The translations under genes were made by a program, and so were the position numbers. Below, one piece after another: positions 58,889 to 64,000 of a stretch of 64,000 nt of DNA (positions are counted from its first letter, which is position 1; each line of letters starts with the position of its first letter). The notes beneath the pieces were generated by a model, which did not search any database, was not told where the DNA came from, and saw nothing but the letters and a program-made list of their open reading frames with translations. This DNA comes from Treponemataceae bacterium. GTDB lineage: Bacteria; Spirochaetota; Spirochaetia; Treponematales; Rectinemataceae. Location of the stretch: positions 1,504,001 through 1,568,000 of the forward strand of contig CAXXVZ010000003.1 of the NCBI GenBank assembly GCA_963678065.2. The letters run 5' to 3'.

Positions 58889-60274
58889 ATGTCCGAATTC
58901 CTTGCCAGCTCCGCCGAGCGATCCCGGATATTCAGGGCCATCGCCGAGGCCATACTCGCGAAAAACTTCGACAAGACGATGGCCGAAACCCTATCGCCCT
59001 GGATCGAGGCCGCAACTCCCGCCGACATCGCCCGCCTCGTGGATGGATTCGTCGCGGAAGGGCTCGACTTCTCCCGCCTCAAGCCCCTCGTCTCAGCCCT
59101 CCTCAACCTGTTCCGCCATCCCCTCGAAGCCCACCGCTACCCGGCCGAGCCGGCTCGCGAGCGCTTCCTCTCATCGCTGGTCGCAGAAGAGAGGGCAGCG
59201 CGCAGACTCCTGGATGCGCTGAGGCCCTGTGTGGCCAGCCTCGCGAACCCGGTACCGCCGACGGACCCTGCGTCGCCGGCCTCCGAGGCGCAGGCGCGGG
59301 CTGCGCGGAATGAGGCAGCCCGCGAGGCCGGCGCCATCCTCGAGCGCCTCTGTCGCGTCGAAATTCTCTTCCGGAAAAAAGAGAACATACTCTTTCCCCG
59401 CTTCGAGTCGCGCTTCCCCGAATACCGCTGCGTGCGCCTCATGTGGTCGATCCAGGACGACTTGCGGCGCGAGATCGCCGACTTCGCGCGGCTCCTGTCA
59501 TGTCTCGACCACCCGTCTGTGCGCGGTGAAGGCTCTGATGACGCGCACATGCTGAAGGTCGCGGCGGGCAGACTCTTCTTCGACCTCTCGAGCCTCGTCT
59601 TCAGGGACGAGTGCGTCCTCTACCCTCTCATGGCCAGCCTCTTCGACGAAGGCGAGCTCGAGGAGATGTACGCGGAGGCCCGGGACTTCGGCTTCGCCTT
59701 CCTTTCGGAGCAGGAGGTGGCGGCATACGAGCGCCACGAACCGGGCCTTGAATCGCGGAATGCCACGCCGACAGCGGCGTCGGGTCAGCCTGCAGGGACC
59801 GGGACGGCGACCGGACATGCGGCGACCGTAGCGGCGATGGTTTCCGAACACGCAAAAAAGCCCGGAATACCGTCGAGCTCGGAAGTGAACCTCGGCTCAG
59901 GCTCCCTCTCTCCGGAAATCCTGTCCGCTCTCTTCAGAACCATCCCCCAGGACATGACCTTCGTCGACGCGGACGACAGGGTCGCCTTCTTCACGGATGG
60001 GCCGGAGCGCGTCTTCCCGCGCTCGCGCTCGATCATCGGAAGGAAAGTCGCGGACTGTCACCCCCACGAGAGCGTCGACCGAGTCATGCGCATCGTCGGA
60101 GGCTTCCGCTCGGGCGAGAGCGACCGCGAGAGCTTCTGGCTGACGCTAAAGGGAAGATTCATCCACATCGAGTACCGGGCCCTGCGCACGAAAGAAGGCG
60201 AATACCTCGGCACGCTCGAGATCAGCGAGGACCTGACGGGAAAACGAAACCTCACAGGCGAGAAGAGACTCTAG
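58889..60274 (+). CDS. DUF438 / hemerythrin-like / PAS domain protein
   Basis: KENILFP, LMWS.QD, TFVDADD, FPR..SIIGR.V..CHP, GEKRL. Confidence 0.85.
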   Translation: MSEFLASSAERSRIFRAIAEAILAKNFDKTMAETLSPWIEAATPADIARLVDGFVAEGLDFSRLKPLVSALLNLFRHPLEAHRYPAEPARERFLSSLVAEERAARRLLDALRPCVASLANPVPPTDPASPASEAQARAARNEAAREAGAILERLCRVEILFRKKENILFPRFESRFPEYRCVRLMWSIQDDLRREIADFARLLSCLDHPSVRGEGSDDAHMLKVAAGRLFFDLSSLVFRDECVLYPLMASLFDEGELEEMYAEARDFGFAFLSEQEVAAYERHEPGLESRNATPTAASGQPAGTGTATGHAATVAAMVSEHAKKPGIPSSSEVNLGSGSLSPEILSALFRTIPQDMTFVDADDRVAFFTDGPERVFPRSRSIIGRKVADCHPHESVDRVMRIVGGFRSGESDRESFWLTLKGRFIHIEYRALRTKEGEYLGTLEISEDLTGKRNLTGEKRL

Positions 60275-60282
60275 CCGAACAA

Positions 60283-60439
60283 AAGCTGCGTAATCCCGCG
60301 CGCGACTGACAGGACAGTCAGACCTGAAAGTCCTGCCGGACTAAAGCCCGGCAGATAGCGTCGTAAAGTATGAGTTGCCGATCAGCGTTCAGGTCCCTTT
60401 GCTGGCGATGACCGCAGTCCCCGCGCTGTCAGACAGCTT
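60283..60439. other. Structured intergenic element with nested inverted repeats
   Basis: AAGCTG/CAGCTT, GACTG/CAGTC, GACCTGAA/TTCAGGTC, CTGCCGG/CCGGCAG. Confidence 0.4.
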
Positions 60440-60485
60440 CAATCGCCGGAAGCATTCTTGCGCGATGTAATGGTATAGTGGAGGC

Positions 60486-61088
60486 ATGAAACCGATGGCT
60501 GAACCCGCAAAGGCCCTTTCGGGCACATTCACGTATGGCGATTACCGGACCTGGCCCGATGGCGAGCGATGGGAACTCATCGACGGCGTAGCCTATGACA
60601 TGAGCCCCGCCCCGATAATAAAACATCAGAGAATGCTGGGGAGATTATGGGCTGAAATCAGCAGATTCCTGCACGGTAAGCCCTGTGAGCCCTTTTTCGC
60701 TCCCGTCGACGTCCTTTTTCCCCGTCTTGGCCAGACAGACGACGAGGCGGACACGGTCGTCCAGCCCGACATCGTCGTGGTCTGCGATCCCGCGAAGACA
60801 GAGAATGGCAAATTCGTCCGCGGAGCTCCCGATCTCGTCGTCGAGATACTCTCGCCCTCGACATCGAAGAAGGACCTGAACGAGAAGTACCGCCTGTACG
60901 AGCGCGAGGGCGTCCGGGAGTATTGGGCCCTGGAGCCTCGCTCATGCTGGCTCCACCGCTACGTTCTCGGAGAGGACAGGCGCTACGGCGAGGCTCTGGT
61001 GCGCGAAAAGGGCGACGGACTCGGGGTCGCGTCCTCCGCGGTTCTGGCTGGTTTTTCTTTCGACCCCGACTCCATCTTTTCGGACTAA
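60486..61088 (+). CDS. Uma2-family endonuclease
   Basis: WELIDG, VQPDI.VVCD, GAPDLVVEILSPST, GVREYW. Confidence 0.92.
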   Translation: MKPMAEPAKALSGTFTYGDYRTWPDGERWELIDGVAYDMSPAPIIKHQRMLGRLWAEISRFLHGKPCEPFFAPVDVLFPRLGQTDDEADTVVQPDIVVVCDPAKTENGKFVRGAPDLVVEILSPSTSKKDLNEKYRLYEREGVREYWALEPRSCWLHRYVLGEDRRYGEALVREKGDGLGVASSAVLAGFSFDPDSIFSD

Positions 61089-61097
61089 AGCCTTCTC

Positions 61098-62582
61098 CTA
61101 TGGCAGCTGCGTCTTTCCCATGAGATGAAGATCGACCGCGCGTGCGGCTTTCCGTCCCTCGCCTATCGCCCAGACGACGAGGCTCTGCCCCCTGCGCATG
61201 TCGCCCGCCGCGAAGACGCCCGGCACGGCGGTCGCGAAGCGCCCGTACTCGGCAGCCGCGTTGCCGCGCGCGTCCTTTCCGACGCCGAAGGCTGAAAGCA
61301 CAGCTTCCTCGGGTCCGAGGAAGCCCATGGCGAGCAATACGAGCGAGGCGGGAATAACACGCTCCGAGCCCTTCTTCTCGACGGGTCCGAATCGGCCCGA
61401 CTTGTCCTTCTTCCACTCGATATCGACGGCGAGAATGCCCTCGAGCTTCCCATCCTTCCCGATGAACTCCTTCACCGTCACGCAGTAGCGGCGCGGGTCC
61501 GAGCCCGTCATCGCGATGACTTCCTCCTGGCCGTAGTCTGTCTTGAGGATCTTGGGCCAGCGGGGCCAGGGATTGTCGGCCGCGCGCGTCTCGGGAGGCT
61601 TCGGCAGGATCTCCAGCTGGATGACGCTTTTGCAGCCCTGGCGCAGGGCGGTGCCGACACAGTCCGTTCCCGTGTCGCCGCCGCCTATGATGACGACATC
61701 GCGCCCCCAGGCCTGGATGAAGTTCCCGTCGCGCTGGTTCGAGTCGAGAAGGCTCTTCGTGCTCCTCGACAGGTACTCCATGGCGAAGTGGACCCCGGAG
61801 AGGTCGCGCCCCGGAACCTGAAGGTCGCGCGGACGTGTCGACCCGCAGGCGAGGACAACCGCGTCGAAATTGGCTTTCAGGGTTTCGGCCGCAAGATCCT
61901 TCCCCACTTCGACCCCCGTCACGAAAGAGACGCCCTCCTCCGCCATGAGGTCGAGCCGTTTTTTCACGAGAGCCTTGTCGAGCTTCATGTTCGGGATGCC
62001 GTACATGAGGATGCCGCCCGCCCTGTCGGCCCTCTCGTAGACGGTGACTGCGTGGCCGGCCCTGTTCAGCTGGTCGGCGCATGCGAGGCCCGATGGACCC
62101 GATCCGACGACGGCAACCTTCTTTCCGCTGCGCGAGGCCGGCGCTTCGGGCTTTATCCAGCCCTCTTCCCAGGCTTTATCGACGATCTCGACCTCGTTCA
62201 GCTTGATCGCTATCGCGGGGTCGTTGATGCCCATGGTGCAGGCGCCCTCGCAGGGAGCGGGGCAGACCCTGCCCGTGAACTCGGGGAAATTGTTGGTGAG
62301 GCGGAGCCGCCTCGCCGCTTCCTGCCAGAGCCCGCGGTAGACGAGGTCGTTCCACTCGGGGATGAGATTGTTGATCGGGCAGCCGGAGACCGCCCCGTCG
62401 TAGAGCACTCCGGAGTGGCAGAAAGGCGTGCCGCAATCCATGCAGCGCGCTGCCTGGACTCTGCGCTCTTCCTCGGTCGCGAAGTTTTCGTGGAATTCCT
62501 TCCAGTCGTTGACCCGCACAAGCGGCGCCCGGTCGGCCGGGACTGCGCGCGCATATTCCATGAACCCGGTTGGTTTGGCCAT
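61098..62582 (-). CDS. gltD: Glutamate synthase small subunit
   Basis: RCMDCGTPFC, TGRVCPAPCE, GSGPSG, GGGDTG, RRGQSLVVWAI. Confidence 0.96.
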   Translation of the reverse strand: MAKPTGFMEYARAVPADRAPLVRVNDWKEFHENFATEEERRVQAARCMDCGTPFCHSGVLYDGAVSGCPINNLIPEWNDLVYRGLWQEAARRLRLTNNFPEFTGRVCPAPCEGACTMGINDPAIAIKLNEVEIVDKAWEEGWIKPEAPASRSGKKVAVVGSGPSGLACADQLNRAGHAVTVYERADRAGGILMYGIPNMKLDKALVKKRLDLMAEEGVSFVTGVEVGKDLAAETLKANFDAVVLACGSTRPRDLQVPGRDLSGVHFAMEYLSRSTKSLLDSNQRDGNFIQAWGRDVVIIGGGDTGTDCVGTALRQGCKSVIQLEILPKPPETRAADNPWPRWPKILKTDYGQEEVIAMTGSDPRRYCVTVKEFIGKDGKLEGILAVDIEWKKDKSGRFGPVEKKGSERVIPASLVLLAMGFLGPEEAVLSAFGVGKDARGNAAAEYGRFATAVPGVFAAGDMRRGQSLVVWAIGEGRKAARAVDLHLMGKTQLP

Positions 62583-62592
62583 TCCCCGCCTC

Positions 62593-64000
62593 CTAGTTGC
62601 CCGAGACCCGGGAAAGATCCCGGTTGTTCGCCTGGAAAGCCGCCATCAGCGCGGCTTCGCCCGAGAGGCCCTCTTCGCGAACCTTGCGGATCGACTCCCT
62701 CATGCGCTTGAAGTCCCGCGGCATGACCTTCACGAAGCGCTTCAGCGAGCCTTCCCAGCCTGAAAGGATGCGCCTGCCGAGGGCAGACCCCGTCGCCGCG
62801 ACATGCTTCTCGATGAGGGCCTTCAGCTCGGCCGCGTCCTCGGCGTCGCCGAGATCCTCGAGGTCGATCATCTCGCGGTTGCAGCGCGAGCCGAAGTTGC
62901 CGTCGGCGTCGTAGACGTAGGCTATGCCGCCCGACATTCCGGCGCCGAAGTTCCGCCCCGTCGACCCGAGGACGACGACGCGGCCTCCGGTCATGTACTC
63001 GCAGGCGTGGTCGCCCACGCCCTCGACGACAGCCTTCACGCCCGAGTTTCTGACGCAGAAGCGTTCGCCCGCCATGCCTCGCACGTAGGCCTCGCCAGAG
63101 GTCGCCCCGTAGAATCCTACGTTGCCGACAATGATGTTCTCCTCCGGCTTGAACGCGGCTCCGGCGGGTGGATAGACGACGATCTTGCCGCCCGAGAGTC
63201 CCTTGCCGATGTGGTCGTTCGAGTCGCCCTCTATCGACAAGGTGATGCCAGGCGGCAGGAAGGCCCCGAAGCTCTGTCCCGCCGAGCCGACGAATTTGAG
63301 CCGGATCGTGTCCTCGGGCAGGCCCTTCTCGCCGTAGCGCTTCGTGACCTCGGCGCCGAGTATCGTCCCGACGACGCGGTTGACGTTCCGCACCGGGATC
63401 GTCACCGAGACCTTCTCCCCGCGCTCGAGGGCGGGTTCGCAGAGGCGCAGAAGGACGCGCCGGTCCAGGGAATCGTCGAGACTGTGTTCCTGGGCAGCGG
63501 CCTTGTGCCGCCCCCAGCTTTCGGGAACATCGGGGCGGAAGAGGATACGGGAGTAGTCCAGTTTCGCCGTCTTGGCGTTGCCCTCCGCGGGTTCCATGGC
63601 GAGGAGGTCGGAGCGACCGACCATATCCTCGAGCCTGCGGAAGCCGAGCGCGGCCATGTGCTCGCGCAGCTCCTGCGCGATGAAACGCATGAAGTTCTCG
63701 ACGTACTCCGGTTTTCCGGTAAAACGGGCCCTGAGTGCGGGATTCTGGGTCGCTACGCCGACGGGACAGGTGTCGAGGTTGCACACCCGCATCATGACGC
63801 AGCCGAGAACGACGAGGGGAGCCGTCGCGAAGCCGAACTCCTCGGCGCCGAGGAGGGCGGCGATGGCGACGTCGCGGCCCGTCATGAGCTTGCCGTCCGT
63901 CTCCACCGTTATTCTGGACCTGAGATTGTTGAGAAGGAGAGTCTGGTGGGTCTCGGCCAACCCGAGTTCCCAGGGAAGGCCTGTGTGCCTGAGCGAAGTG
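62593..64000 (-). CDS. gltB: Glutamate synthase large subunit (3' part, runs off window)
   Basis: [16 protein letters not shown] 3Fe-4S motif; GXGXG domain [17 protein letters not shown]. Confidence 0.96.
   Translation of the reverse strand, partial: TSLRHTGLPWELGLAETHQTLLLNNLRSRITVETDGKLMTGRDVAIAALLGAEEFGFATAPLVVLGCVMMRVCNLDTCPVGVATQNPALRARFTGKPEYVENFMRFIAQELREHMAALGFRRLEDMVGRSDLLAMEPAEGNAKTAKLDYSRILFRPDVPESWGRHKAAAQEHSLDDSLDRRVLLRLCEPALERGEKVSVTIPVRNVNRVVGTILGAEVTKRYGEKGLPEDTIRLKFVGSAGQSFGAFLPPGITLSIEGDSNDHIGKGLSGGKIVVYPPAGAAFKPEENIIVGNVGFYGATSGEAYVRGMAGERFCVRNSGVKAVVEGVGDHACEYMTGGRVVVLGSTGRNFGAGMSGGIAYVYDADGNFGSRCNREMIDLEDLGDAEDAAELKALIEKHVAATGSALGRRILSGWEGSLKRFVKVMPRDFKRMRESIRKVREEGLSGEAALMAAFQANNRDLSRVSGN

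Noticed and set aside
60291..60360. Twister ribozyme (GCCGG-ACTAAAGC-CCGGC resembles P4/L4)
   Set aside because: P1/P2 partner strands and the conserved U of L4 are missing

Overview
Bacterial chromosomal window, most likely from a GC-rich free-living spirochaete (Treponema/Rectinema-like). This is inferred from spirochaete-style lipoboxes and the prfA-prmC-rel gene order. Bases ~1-14400 form a visibly lower-GC accessory region. It holds four tandem lipoproteins with type V pilin-like signatures (the last fused to an M30 zinc peptidase), further orphan lipoproteins, a TPR-CHAT caspase-like protease, a DUF4384-like small protein and two paralogous NarL/LuxR regulators with degenerate receivers. 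The remainder is mostly housekeeping and metabolic: manA, mtgA, rel, prmC, prfA, a second RelA/SpoT-domain protein, serS, cbpA/cbpM, a sugar ABC + YesMN locus, an Rrf2-controlled sulfur cluster (metY, cysK, ttcA, ThiF, cysteine desulfurase, metC-like), menA-like, gltD and gltB. Other notable patterns are four clean internal gene deletions, many apparently leaderless genes, a thrice-repeated Rrf2 operator, and a candidate structured leader RNA before a K+/H+ antiporter remnant. No rRNA, tRNA, CRISPR array or intact transposase was recognised. All calls are by eye without database searches.
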